Shown: positions 9,151-18,743 of the stretch, in pieces | Layout of the letters: each line of letters starts with the position of its first letter | How positions within the stretch are numbered: the stretch's first letter is position 1 | Assembly: GCA_041648395.1 (NCBI GenBank) | Contig: JBAZPC010000003.1 | Location: 12,801-76,800, forward strand | Origin: Minisyncoccota bacterium | GTDB taxonomy: Bacteria > Patescibacteriota > Minisyncoccia > UBA9983 | Direction of reading: 5' to 3' | DNA length: 64,000 nt | Made by a program: the position numbers and the translations under genes | Notes under the pieces: model-generated | Told to the model about the DNA's origin: nothing | Seen by the model: only the letters and a program-made list of their open reading frames with translations | Databases searched by the model: none

Positions 9151-9987
9151 CTATTTTTGTTCAATATTTTCCAATGGACTTTTAATATTTCTAATTGCCG
9201 GATTGGTGACTTTGGTATAAAGTTGAGTCGTTCTAATATTTTGATGCCCTAATAATTCCTGCACATAACGCACATCCACACCGTTTTCTAATAAATGTGT
9301 GGCAAAACTATGGCGAAGAGAATGAAAAGTGGCGTCTTTTTGAATACCTGCCTTTTTTAATCCGTTTTCAAAAACTTTCTGTGCCGTGCGTTCCGTTAAT
9401 TTTCCTCCCCTGCCGTTCTCAAAAAAGTAATCGTCAACCGGTCTGCTTGTTGCTAAATTTATAATGTCATTTTTGAGCTTCTCGGGGAAAATAGTTATGC
9501 GGTCTTTATCTCCCTTTGCCCCCTTAATATGGATTGTTAATTCTTCAATATTTATATCTTTAATTCTCAAATTTGTTGCTTCACTAACTCGAAAACCGGT
9601 GCCATAAGATAAAGCGATAATTAATTTATGCTTCTGATTTGAAATTGCGTTTATAATATTTTCTATTTCTATCCGAGAAAGAACGACCGGAAGTTTTTTT
9701 GAAGTTTTGGCAAATTTCAAATCAACCGCAATAGCAGATTTCATTACATCGCGGTAAAAATATTTAATCGCGTTAAGATAAAGATTGATGGTTTGCGATG
9801 ATTGCCTCCTTTCCTGTTTTTCTAACAGATATTTTTTGATTACATCAATATTCGGATCTTTTCCAATGGTTCCGATAAAACGAAAAAAATCAGAAAGGCA
9901 TAAAAGGTAGCTCTTAATTGTCTTCCGGCTATAATTGCGCAATTTTAGCTCAATTTCAGTTTTTTGTAATAATTCTTGTAATTGCAT
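9151..9987 (-). CDS. tyrosine site-specific recombinase (XerC/XerD / phage-integrase family)
   Basis: C-terminal catalytic region HSLRHSFATHLLENGVDVRYVQELLGHQNIRTTQLYTKV (R..HxxR..Y). Ends with TAG. Confidence 0.8.
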   Translation of the reverse strand: MQLQELLQKTEIELKLRNYSRKTIKSYLLCLSDFFRFIGTIGKDPNIDVIKKYLLEKQERRQSSQTINLYLNAIKYFYRDVMKSAIAVDLKFAKTSKKLPVVLSRIEIENIINAISNQKHKLIIALSYGTGFRVSEATNLRIKDINIEELTIHIKGAKGDKDRITIFPEKLKNDIINLATSRPVDDYFFENGRGGKLTERTAQKVFENGLKKAGIQKDATFHSLRHSFATHLLENGVDVRYVQELLGHQNIRTTQLYTKVTNPAIRNIKSPLENIEQK

Positions 9988-10151
9988 AAAATTTATATTA
10001 TATTAAAACCAGTCGAAATTTAAGAAAATGCTATCATGTATTCGCACAATATACAAATTATAGCATATTAACAAACAATTATTCGCATAATAACGAGTTA
10101 GCTGAAATAGCAAAAAACAAAATTGGAAAAGTTATTTTTGGAAATTTTTTA

Positions 10152-10188
10152 ACAAAAAAATCCCGAGATAAAAATCATCTCGGGATTG
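10152..10188 (-). terminator. rho-independent terminator for the 10212..10574 gene
   Basis: AATCCCGAGAT...ATCTCGGGATT inverted repeat, U-run on the minus strand. Confidence 0.5.
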
Positions 10189-10211
10189 ATAATGGCTAAC
10201 CTGAACCGCGC

Positions 10212-10574
10212 CTAGATAGCGAGATAAACCTCTTTGATTGGCATTCCCTCGTAGGTGCATGGGAGGTCTTCGCGGTGAAGACGGAAAAATATTTGCCCAT
10301 CCTGCTTGGTTTCGACAAAGCCACCACCTGAAGCATACTTGTGACCATGGGTAACATCGATCACTTTCATTTCAGCGTTCAGCATACCAATCGCGACCTT
10401 GGCGTCGTACAGCTCAGAAAAGTTAGCTCCTTCTGTGGGCAAACATTTTTCCGGCGATCCGAACACTACACAGTATCCGATATCCTCGCTGATTTTTGCG
10501 AAAAATAGAAGCGTGTGCTCATCAGATACACCCTGTACTATTACAACACCCATCTTTCCAATCGTAACTTTCAT
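10212..10574 (-). CDS. hypothetical protein (120 aa)
   Basis: AGGAGG RBS, TAG stop. No recognisable motif. Followed by a 360-bp AT-rich spacer. Confidence 0.45.
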   Translation of the reverse strand: MKVTIGKMGVVIVQGVSDEHTLLFFAKISEDIGYCVVFGSPEKCLPTEGANFSELYDAKVAIGMLNAEMKVIDVTHGHKYASGGGFVETKQDGQIFFRLHREDLPCTYEGMPIKEVYLAI

Positions 10575-10938
10575 GTGTTCCTCCTATTCGTAGTTTTTTG
10601 TTAAAAAATTTCCAAAAATAACTTAGAAATCGACCTCACTAATGGCTTGTTTAATTTAAAGAGCTTTGTAGTAGTATACAAATTTTGATAGAAATGTCAA
10701 CAGTCAGTCGATTTATTTTGTTTTTTGCTACATCAGCTAACACGGCACATGCGGTTAAAAAATTTTGCGTTATTAGACACTTAAATCAAGGTTTGCAAAA
10801 TTTTTGAACCCAAATTGCGCTGACGAAATGGTAAGTTTAGTGATATAATCAAGATAGGCGATAATTAACAAATTTAATCAATAATCCACGGCGCAACTTC
10901 GCATGTGCCGATACGTTAAGTGAAATAATTAAAGCATT

Positions 10939-11937
10939 TTAATTTAATTTTTTGTTTGCGATTTCATTTAATATTTGCCATCTCCTTTTTTTCTCCTCAA
11001 TTGGCACATTGTCTTTCATTTTTGCCGCCGGGGTGCCGGGGCGGGGAGAGTATTTGCCTATATACGCCTTACTGAATTTCAGTTCCTTGAATAATTTTAC
11101 CGTATTTTGGAATTGTTCTTTTGTTTCGCCCGGAAAACCGACAATTATATCCGTTGAAATTTTTACATCTGGAATGGCCTTGCGTATTTTTTTAATTAGG
11201 TTTTTGTAATGGCTGATAGTGTATTTTCTATTCATTTTTTTAAGAATTGCGTTGTCTCCTGACTGCGCTGGCAAGTGAATTTCTCTGGAGACCTTCTTAC
11301 TTTCACTTATTGTTTTTATTAACTTATCTGAAAAATCTTTTGGATGGCTGGACATAAAATAAATTTTAAAATTGTCCGGAATATCATTAATTATTTTCAA
11401 TAATTCGGGAAAACCATATTTATAACTGTTCACATTTTGGCCCAACAGCCAAATCTCTGTTGCTTTTCCGCCAGCTGGCGGATTTACCGCGTTTTTTATG
11501 TCTTGAATTATATTTTTTGCCGGCCGCGAACGCTCGCGGCCGCGGGTGTAAGGGACCGCGCAATATGTGCAAAAATTGTCGCAACCGGTCATTATGGGAA
11601 TATAAGTGGCATTAGAATTTGAGGCGATAGGTGTTAAATCAAAATATTCATCTGGATGCCAGAATTCTATGTTTTTATTTTTAGCTAATAGTTTTTTCTT
11701 ATCTTCTTTAAGAACACATCCGGCGATAATAATTTTTTTGTTTTTTAAATTTCTAATTTTCCCATAAACTCTGTTTGTCGCTGACTGCCTTACTGAACAA
11801 GCGTTAATAACCACGATGTCCGCCGATTCCGGCTTTGCCGTCATTTTATATCCGCTCATTTCCAATTTTCTCGCTATGCGCTCGCTGTCGGCCAAATTCG
11901 CCTGACAGCCAAAAGTAATGATGTGATAGGTTTTCAT
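10939..11937 (-). CDS. MiaB/RimO-family radical-SAM methylthiotransferase (no TRAM domain)
   Basis: MTTase N-domain cysteines (FGCQAN, NACSV, AGCV). Radical SAM CDNFCTYCAVPYTRG. Start taken as MKTYHI. Contains the PPAGG palindrome. Confidence 0.8.
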   Translation of the reverse strand: MKTYHIITFGCQANLADSERIARKLEMSGYKMTAKPESADIVVINACSVRQSATNRVYGKIRNLKNKKIIIAGCVLKEDKKKLLAKNKNIEFWHPDEYFDLTPIASNSNATYIPIMTGCDNFCTYCAVPYTRGRERSRPAKNIIQDIKNAVNPPAGGKATEIWLLGQNVNSYKYGFPELLKIINDIPDNFKIYFMSSHPKDFSDKLIKTISESKKVSREIHLPAQSGDNAILKKMNRKYTISHYKNLIKKIRKAIPDVKISTDIIVGFPGETKEQFQNTVKLFKELKFSKAYIGKYSPRPGTPAAKMKDNVPIEEKKRRWQILNEIANKKLN

Positions 11938-11941
11938 TTTA

Positions 11942-12002
11942 TGCCCGGGAGAGGGGTCGAACCTCCATGGGATTACTCCCACACGATTTTGAGTCGTGCG
12001 CG
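11942..12002 (-). pseudogene. partial tRNA-Leu copy (anticodon arm through 3' acceptor strand), diverged with compensatory stem changes
   Basis: Aligns to nt ~27-85 of the adjacent tRNA-Leu(CAA). T-stem GGAGG/CCTCT and variable-arm changes are compensatory. No 5' acceptor or D arm. Confidence 0.55.
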
Positions 12003-12023
12003 CCCCGCACTAAATTTTCCCGA

Positions 12024-12107
12024 TGCCGAAGGAGGGGGTCGAACCCTCATGGAATTACTTCCACACGATTTTGAGTCGTGCGCGTCTGCCAATTCCGCCA
12101 CTTCGGC
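12024..12107 (-). tRNA. tRNA-Leu (anticodon CAA), class II
   Basis: Acceptor GCCGAAG/CTTCGGC, disc A. Anticodon arm CACGA-CTCAAAA-TCGTG. Long variable arm. T arm GAGGG-TTCGACC-CCCTC. Confidence 0.8.
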
Positions 12108-12238
12108 AAAATTAGTGCGGGGTAAATCTGCCAACCTGCCCCGTAGTTAATGCAAAGCATTATACTTCGGGGTTCCGCCACTTTCTGAATCTTAATAAAT
12201 TTGCGTTCAAAAATCAATTTTAGTATAATTCCACTATT

Positions 12239-13207
12239 ATGGCGCTTAATATAAATCCAAACGAAGGACTTAGAAAACCAATGAGCGTATTTTGGATAGA
12301 GGTTGAGAAAATTAATCCCAACCCTATGCAACCGCGTTCGGATTTTAACGAAGAACGGCTTGCTGATTTAGCGGAATCAATCAGGCAATACGGCGTGCTT
12401 CAGCCCCTCGTTGTCACAAGAAAAGAAATAGAAATTCCCAACGGCGCGAGGGTTGAATACGAACTCATCGCCGGTGAGAGGCGCCTTCGCGCCTCCAGGA
12501 TGGCAGGTCTTTTTCAAGTTCCCGTCATAATTCGCGATGACTCCGACGACAAGGTCAAGCTTGAACTTGCCATCATAGAAAATCTCCAGCGCGAGGATTT
12601 AAATCCCCTTGAACGCGCCTGGGCCTTCAAAAAATTAATTGACAGCTTTAATCTAAAGCATCACGAAGTCGGCCAGCGCGTGGGGAAAAGCAGGGTATTT
12701 GTCACCAACACTTTGAGAATTTTAAATCTGCCAGAAGAAATTCGGAAGGGATTGAGCGACGGAAATATTTCTGAAGGCCACACCCGTCCGCTTTTAATGT
12801 TAAGCGACAGAAAGGAAGACCAGATGAGATTGTTTCAAGAAATAATAAACAGAAAATTGAACGTGCGCGAGGCGGAAAACATATCAAGGAGAATTGCCGT
12901 GGAGCGAGCGAGAAGGAAAGATAATCTGCCCGACCATGAAACTAGAATTTTGGAGGAAAAATTGTCGGAAAATTTAGGAACGAGAGTGCAGATTGAACGC
13001 GACGGAGAAAAAAGAAAAATTCAAATAGAATTTTTCTCCGACGAGGAACTCCACGCCTTTTTAAAAAAAGTGATGAACACAAAAAGCGAAACTGATAATT
13101 TTTACGATGAATTTGAAAATCAAAATGAATTAGGCGAAGAAGATGTCCCAGTCGAATCAAAGCAACCGGAAGGGGAAGACGATTTAATAAATAATTTTTC
13201 TATTTGA
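12239..13207 (+). CDS. ParB/Spo0J-like partition / nuclease-domain protein (no adjacent parA)
   Basis: ParB N-domain QPLVV...IAGERRLRASRMAG, central HTH, acidic tail. Start may be the downstream MSVFWIEV. Confidence 0.7.
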   Translation: MALNINPNEGLRKPMSVFWIEVEKINPNPMQPRSDFNEERLADLAESIRQYGVLQPLVVTRKEIEIPNGARVEYELIAGERRLRASRMAGLFQVPVIIRDDSDDKVKLELAIIENLQREDLNPLERAWAFKKLIDSFNLKHHEVGQRVGKSRVFVTNTLRILNLPEEIRKGLSDGNISEGHTRPLLMLSDRKEDQMRLFQEIINRKLNVREAENISRRIAVERARRKDNLPDHETRILEEKLSENLGTRVQIERDGEKRKIQIEFFSDEELHAFLKKVMNTKSETDNFYDEFENQNELGEEDVPVESKQPEGEDDLINNFSI

Positions 13208-14635
13208 CCTCACTTTTGATTTAATTTGTTTTCTGGCGAAAGTGGTTTTGGCGTGTTTAAGCCACTCGGCGCTCGGCTTTTTGTTTTTTTGCGTTTTGAT
13301 TTCAATGATATCTCCGTTTTTTAAGGTAGTATCCAATGACACAAATTTGTGATTAATGACGGCGCCGTTGGCGCTGTTGCCGATGTCGGAATGCACGGCG
13401 TAGGCGAAATCAATCGCCGTTGAACCTTCCGGCAGGTCAATAACATCACCTATGGGTGTAAAACAAAATACCCTGTCTTTAAAAAAATCTATTCTTAATG
13501 TTTCTAAAAAATCTTTTGAACCGGAAACGCCTGCCTGCCATCCGATAAGCTGATTTACCCAGGCGAGATGGGGATGAAATTTTCCGCCTTCGTCCGGCTT
13601 GCCCGATTCCGCGTAGGCCCAGTGGGCGGCAATGCCGTGCTCGGCCTCCTCGTGCATTTTTTCCGTCCGTATTTGAATTTCTATTATTATCCCGTCCGTG
13701 GCGAAGACGGTAGTGTGCAAGCTTTGGTAGCCGTTCGGTTTCGGCGTGGCGATGTAGTCCTTTATTCTTCCTGGCAAGGGTCTCCATAATTTATGGATTA
13801 TGCCGAGGATTTTATAACAGTCCTCAATGGTTTTGACGATGATTCTTATGGCAATGAAGTCGTAAATTTTATCTATATTCATTTCCACTTCCGGCGTCTG
13901 AAGTTTCTTGAATAAGCTGTAGAGATGCTTGACCCTTGAGTCCATTTTAAAATCTTTTACGCCGTTTTTTGAAAACTCCTTTTGCAGTTCTTTTTTCACT
14001 TTTTCCAAGTCCTTTTCTTTTTCTTCATATTTTTCTTTCAGTATTTTTATGATTTCTTTGTATTCTTCCGGATGGGCGAAGGGGAATGCCAAATCTTCAA
14101 GCTCTCCTTTCAACTCTCCCATACCCAGCCGGTTTGAGAGCGGGGCGAAAATTTCCAATGTTTCCACAGCGATTCTTTTTTGTTTTTCCTTCGGCACATG
14201 CTCAAGGGTCTCCATGTTGTGAAGGCGGTCGGCTAGTTTAATAAGAACAACGCGGATGTCTTTTGCCATAGCCAAAAACATTTTGCGCAGATTTTCAACT
14301 TGCCGTTCTTCACCGCGGTATTTTAACGTGCCGAGTTTTGTGACGCCGGCGACCAAAAAAGAAATTTCCTCCCCAAATTCTTTTTTCAATTGTTTCTCGG
14401 TTATTCCCGTGTCCTCATAGATGTCGTGAAGAAGTCCTGCGGAGATTGCCTTAGCGTCAAGTTGAAGGTGGGCAAGCGTTTTGGCGGTTTCAAAGGGATG
14501 GGCGAAATACGGCTCGTCGGAAAATCTTTTTTGTCCTTCATGTGCCTGCCTTGCGAACTCAAAAGCGCGGGTAATCAGATCAATATCCGCCCTTGATGGC
14601 CTTTTCAGAATGTTGATAATTTCGTTGACATCCAT
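13184..14635 (-). CDS. short bifunctional (p)ppGpp synthetase/hydrolase, Rel/SpoT family (HD + synthetase + TGS, no ACT)
   Basis: HD motif AGLLHDIYEDT. Synthetase motif DYIATPKPNGYQSLHTTV. TGS GDVIDLPEGSTAIDFAY. Confidence 0.85.
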   Translation of the reverse strand: MDVNEIINILKRPSRADIDLITRAFEFARQAHEGQKRFSDEPYFAHPFETAKTLAHLQLDAKAISAGLLHDIYEDTGITEKQLKKEFGEEISFLVAGVTKLGTLKYRGEERQVENLRKMFLAMAKDIRVVLIKLADRLHNMETLEHVPKEKQKRIAVETLEIFAPLSNRLGMGELKGELEDLAFPFAHPEEYKEIIKILKEKYEEKEKDLEKVKKELQKEFSKNGVKDFKMDSRVKHLYSLFKKLQTPEVEMNIDKIYDFIAIRIIVKTIEDCYKILGIIHKLWRPLPGRIKDYIATPKPNGYQSLHTTVFATDGIIIEIQIRTEKMHEEAEHGIAAHWAYAESGKPDEGGKFHPHLAWVNQLIGWQAGVSGSKDFLETLRIDFFKDRVFCFTPIGDVIDLPEGSTAIDFAYAVHSDIGNSANGAVINHKFVSLDTTLKNGDIIEIKTQKNKKPSAEWLKHAKTTFARKQIKSKVRSNRKIIY

Positions 14636-14680
14636 TGTGTTGTATAGTATACTCTCTTTTAGAATAAAAATTAAGGATAT

Positions 14681-14758
14681 TGGGATGTAGCTCAGCCTGG
14701 TCTAGAGCGCCTGAACTTAAAATTCAGGAGGTCGCAGGTTCGAATCCTGCCATTCCCA
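14681..14758 (+). tRNA. atypical tRNA-like gene: anticodon UAA in a 7-nt loop on a 6-bp anticodon stem, short variable loop, T1-C72 acceptor mismatch
   Basis: D arm GCTC-AGCCTGGTCTA-GAGC. Anticodon arm CCTGAA-CTTAAAA-TTCAGG. T arm GCAGG-TTCGAAT-CCTGC. Acceptor TGGGATG/CATTCCC (6 of 7 pairs). Confidence 0.45.
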
Positions 14759-14804
14759 ACCAAACCTTTTTTAGCACATTTTAAATTTAAGTAAGGAGGG
14801 AGAA

Positions 14805-15074
14805 ATGAAGCAAAAACAAAGATTGGAGCAAAAAACCACAATGAAGCAGGAATTTGATATGACTGACATGCAAAGCGTTTGCATTGGTGCTGATGTAAAG
14901 GCACAGGAACTGATTGAAAAACATAAAGGCAACAAAGGGGAGATTGAGAAAGAAATTCTTGAAATGGAAGTTCCTAAGGGAGTTGCAGATATAAAAGATT
15001 TCAATTACCGTGAAGAAATCTGGGGGGCTGCAAAATGGCTCATATCTTACTATAAACCCGGACTGGCGACTTAG
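14805..15074 (+). CDS. hypothetical small protein (89 aa)
   Basis: RBS AGGAGGG 6 nt upstream, TAG stop, strong terminator immediately downstream. Confidence 0.4.
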   Translation: MKQKQRLEQKTTMKQEFDMTDMQSVCIGADVKAQELIEKHKGNKGEIEKEILEMEVPKGVADIKDFNYREEIWGAAKWLISYYKPGLAT

Positions 15075-15095
15075 TCGCCAGTTTTTTTTATTTTT
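15060..15095. terminator. bidirectional rho-independent terminator
   Basis: CTGGCGACT-TAG-TCGCCAG stem flanked by A-run and T-run. Serves the convergent 14805 ORF and topA. Confidence 0.55.
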
Positions 15096-17262
15096 TATGC
15101 GGGTTATAGTTTGCGCACGATTTATTTGAACACCTTTCCGGAATTGTTTTTGTCCCCTCCATCATTAGCGAGCCGCAGGTTTTGCAAACATTTCCCGTAG
15201 GCCGTGATTTCATTATGAATCTGCATTTCGGATAATTATTGCAGGAAAAAAACGGGCCGAATTTGCCGCGGCGCTCCGTGATTTCCCCTCCGCCAGCTGG
15301 CGGATTGCATTTTGGGCATTTCACCCCCGTTTTTTCTTTTGCCTCCTGCTCCGCGCTTTTTTTAATAAATTTGCATTTCGGATAATTGTTGCAGGAAATG
15401 AATTTGCCGAAACGGCCTTCGCGTTCTATTAATTTTCCTGTCGCGCACTCCGGACACGCCTCGCCTGTTTCCTTTGGCCCTTCCATTATTGAACCGTCTA
15501 TTTTACGCGCGCCGGAGCATTTTGGAAATTTCGCGCAGCTCAAAAATCTTCCGTTGCGGGAAAGTTTTATAACCATTGGCCCTCCGCAGACGGGGCATTT
15601 GTGCTCATCGCCGGCCTCACCAAGGTTCGTTATTTTCTCCGCCGTTTTTTCTTTTAATTTCACGTCTTTGGAAAACGGTCCGTAGAAGTCCTTCAGCATT
15701 TTCTCGTATTTTCTTTTCCCTTCGGCTATTTCGTCCAGCTCTTTTTCCATCTCGGCGGTGAACGAGTCGCTGATGTATTGAGCAAAATTTTGTTCCAAGA
15801 AATCGCTTACCACTTCGCCGGTGTCGGTGGGCTTCAGCGCTCTGCCTTCTTTAATGACATAACCGCGGTCGTTGATTGTTTTTATTATTGAAGCGTAAGT
15901 GCTCGGCCGGCCGATGTCTCTTTTCTCCAACTCCTTGATTAGGCCCGCCTCGGTGTATCTCGGCGGCGGCTCGGTTTGCTTCCCTTCGCTTCCAATATTC
16001 AATAACTCCAAAGATTCTCCTTTTGTCAGCTTCGGCAACTCCACATCCTCTCCGCGCGCCGCTGGATCGGCGACAAGCCAGCCAGGGAAAATCATAATAC
16101 TGCCGTTTGCGGAAAAATTTGGAATTTCTCCTTCATCTATATTGGCGCTCACTTTTGTCCGCAGAATTTTCGCGTCCGCCATCTGCGAGGCGACAGTTCT
16201 CTCCCAAATGAGTTTGTAAAGTTTTTTCTGCTCGTCGTTCGCGCCGGCGGATTTCATTCCGAAATTTGTCGGCCGTACCGCTTCGTGCGCTTCCTGCGCC
16301 GTTTTGCTTTTTGACGCGTAGGTACGTGGCAACAAAAATTCTTTTCCGAATTGTTTTTCAATCGTCGCGTAAATTTGCGGTAGCGCTTCTTTGCTGACAT
16401 TTACGCTGTCGGTTCTCATGTAAGTGATAAGACCTTGTTCGTAAAGTTTTTGGGCGACGGACATCGTGCGCGACGGCGCGTATCCCAAGCGCGAGCTGGC
16501 GGTTTGCTGGAGAGTTGAGGTAATGAACGGCGGCCGCGGCGAACGCTTTGCTTCGGTTTGGGTTACATCAACTATTTGCCATTTATTTTTTTTGGCGGCT
16601 TCAATAATTCTTTCCGTTTCTTTTTCGTTTTTTGGCTGTTCATCGCAAGTGAGAATTATTTTATCTTTATTTTCAGTGGAAAATTCTCCGCTTATTACCC
16701 AAAAATTTTCCGGAACAAAAGCGCGAATTTCGCGTTCGCGTTCCATAATTATGCGCAGGGCGGGGGATTGCACACGCCCCGCGGATAGCCCGTAACGGAC
16801 TTTTTTCCATATCAAGCCACTCAAATCGTAGCCGACCAGGCGGTCCAAAACACGGCGCGCCTCTTGCGCCTTCACTAAATCCGCGTCAATATCGCGCGGA
16901 TGTTTTATTGCTTCTTTTATCGCGCTTTCGGTAATTTCGTTAAAAACGATGCGTTTCGGTTTTTTCAGCTCACATGCTTCTTTGATGTGCCAGGCAATCG
17001 ATTCTCCCTCGCGGTCGGGGTCGGTGGCGAGAATGACTTCGCTGGCTTTCTTTGAGAGATCTTTTATTTCTCTGATGACTTTTTCTTTTCCGTGAGAGAT
17101 TTCATAGCGGGGAACAAAGCCGGCAGGGATGTCGATGGCCGTCTTGTTGCTTTTCGGCAGATCGCGAACATGCCCCACGCTGGCGCGGATAATATATTCG
17201 TCTCCCAAATATTTTGAGATTGTTTTTGTTTTTGTCGGCGATTCAACAATAACTAGTTTCAT
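15088..17262 (-). CDS. topA: DNA topoisomerase I with multiple C-terminal zinc ribbons
   Basis: TOPRIM start MKLVIVESPTKTKTISKYLG, catalytic Tyr region, C4 zinc-ribbon repeats. Contains the PPAGG palindrome. Confidence 0.9.
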   Translation of the reverse strand: MKLVIVESPTKTKTISKYLGDEYIIRASVGHVRDLPKSNKTAIDIPAGFVPRYEISHGKEKVIREIKDLSKKASEVILATDPDREGESIAWHIKEACELKKPKRIVFNEITESAIKEAIKHPRDIDADLVKAQEARRVLDRLVGYDLSGLIWKKVRYGLSAGRVQSPALRIIMEREREIRAFVPENFWVISGEFSTENKDKIILTCDEQPKNEKETERIIEAAKKNKWQIVDVTQTEAKRSPRPPFITSTLQQTASSRLGYAPSRTMSVAQKLYEQGLITYMRTDSVNVSKEALPQIYATIEKQFGKEFLLPRTYASKSKTAQEAHEAVRPTNFGMKSAGANDEQKKLYKLIWERTVASQMADAKILRTKVSANIDEGEIPNFSANGSIMIFPGWLVADPAARGEDVELPKLTKGESLELLNIGSEGKQTEPPPRYTEAGLIKELEKRDIGRPSTYASIIKTINDRGYVIKEGRALKPTDTGEVVSDFLEQNFAQYISDSFTAEMEKELDEIAEGKRKYEKMLKDFYGPFSKDVKLKEKTAEKITNLGEAGDEHKCPVCGGPMVIKLSRNGRFLSCAKFPKCSGARKIDGSIMEGPKETGEACPECATGKLIEREGRFGKFISCNNYPKCKFIKKSAEQEAKEKTGVKCPKCNPPAGGGEITERRGKFGPFFSCNNYPKCRFIMKSRPTGNVCKTCGSLMMEGTKTIPERCSNKSCANYNPHKK

Positions 17263-17296
17263 TAATTATGAAGAGTATTTCATTATTTTAATCTTG

Positions 17297-18151
17297 TCAA
17301 ATTTTGCGGATTTCGCCGCCGGATTCTTTAATGTAGCCGTTGAGTTGCATCATGGAAAGGGCAGGGCTTATTTCGTGCGCTGGCAGGTCCAGTTTTCTGA
17401 TGAGTTCGTCTTTTGACATCGGGTCAGTGAGCGCTTCCATAATTTTTTGTTCAAGAGGCGAGAGCGATTGAAGGTCTAGTTTCAAATTTTCTCCTTCGCG
17501 TACGATATCAAAGGCGTCCAAAATATCATCGGCGGAAGTGACAGGAATTGCGCCCATTTTAATTAATTTATTCGTACCTTTGGAATTTTCCTGAAAAATT
17601 GAGCCGGGCACGGCAAAAACATCTCTATTGAAATCCAGAGAAAAATTGGCGGTAATGAGCGCGCCACTTTTTTCCGGCGCCTCTATTACCAATGTGCCTC
17701 TGCACAGGCCGGCGATAATTCTGTTCCTTTGGGGAAAAGTGTGGAGTCCGGCCGGATAATCCCATGGGAATTCGGAAACAAGCGCTCCGCCGGCGCTCAC
17801 AATATCTTCTGCCAATTTTTTATGAGAATGGGGATGGAGAACTTTTTCGTCCAAGCCGGAACCGGGCACGGCAATGGTCGGCAGATTATTTTCAATTGCC
17901 GCGCGGTGGGCGATGGAGTCAATGCCAAGCGCCAATCCGCTCACGATAACGAAGCCGTAACCTCTCAACCCTTCAATAATTTTCTCGCACACCTCTTTTC
18001 CGTAATTGGAAAATTTACGCGTGCCGACAACCGCTAGCCAAATTAAATCTTCGCTTGGCAACTCGCCGATGACATACAAATCCTTCGGCGGGGAAGGAAT
18101 TTCTTTAAGTAAGGCAGGAAATTGGTTTTGTTTCAAAGTTTTTCTTTGCAT
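17297..18151 (-). CDS. dprA: DNA processing protein DprA (Smf)
   Basis: Rossmann region GLALGIDSIAHRAAIENNLPTIAVPGSGLD...AGGALVSEFP. Confidence 0.8.
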   Translation of the reverse strand: MQRKTLKQNQFPALLKEIPSPPKDLYVIGELPSEDLIWLAVVGTRKFSNYGKEVCEKIIEGLRGYGFVIVSGLALGIDSIAHRAAIENNLPTIAVPGSGLDEKVLHPHSHKKLAEDIVSAGGALVSEFPWDYPAGLHTFPQRNRIIAGLCRGTLVIEAPEKSGALITANFSLDFNRDVFAVPGSIFQENSKGTNKLIKMGAIPVTSADDILDAFDIVREGENLKLDLQSLSPLEQKIMEALTDPMSKDELIRKLDLPAHEISPALSMMQLNGYIKESGGEIRKI

Positions 18152-18271
18152 AATTACTATTCTAGCATATCAACTTAGTTTTTATTAAAATCTTTTTTAT
18201 ATCTTCCGCCAGTTAGCCAAATCACGCATATGCGGAAAATGACTAACTGAATTAGGTAAACTTGCAAAATT

Positions 18272-18733
18272 TTGGCGGAGGTGGTAGAAATTAGGGTAGA
18301 AAAAGGTATTTTAAAAAACAAAAAGGAGGATAAGATAATGTTCGGTTTAAGTGACGAAATCAGAGAACTTGAGGCAAATGCATGTCGCAAGGAACGTGTT
18401 TCTTGCGCTGATTGCGGTTATAGTTTTTGGTCTTGTTATGCTATAGGAAATTTTTGTCCTAATTGTAAATCTACCAATTTTAAATCTGTTCCATGGTGGT
18501 ATGGGAGAGATATACCGTCTTCAATCCATGGTAAAAAATTAGCAGATGGCAGAAAAGTCGTGCCAAAGTTTTTTGTGGAAGTTAGGGCAAATATCCACCC
18601 CGTAAATGGAGGCGACCCATTCCTTTCATGGTTGGAAGCAGAAAAATGGTTTAAGGACCATGGATGGGAAATAATGGGCGATGCTGAGTGGTACGCCCAT
18701 AAATATTACAGGAATAGTTTTTTTGAGAAATAA
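18272..18733 (+). CDS. hypothetical zinc-ribbon protein (153 aa)
   Basis: CADCGYSF...CPNCKS. Strong RBS AAAGGAGG. Lies in a duplicated promoter/terminator cassette. Confidence 0.45.
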   Translation: MAEVVEIRVEKGILKNKKEDKIMFGLSDEIRELEANACRKERVSCADCGYSFWSCYAIGNFCPNCKSTNFKSVPWWYGRDIPSSIHGKKLADGRKVVPKFFVEVRANIHPVNGGDPFLSWLEAEKWFKDHGWEIMGDAEWYAHKYYRNSFFEK

Positions 18734-18743
18734 AATAATAATT

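Noticed and set aside
10575-10938. 360-bp AT-rich intergenic spacer examined for a tRNA or small RNA gene
   Set aside because: No cloverleaf, no conserved structured motif and no ORF of 30 aa or more with an RBS. It most likely holds promoter and leader sequence for the divergent flanking genes.
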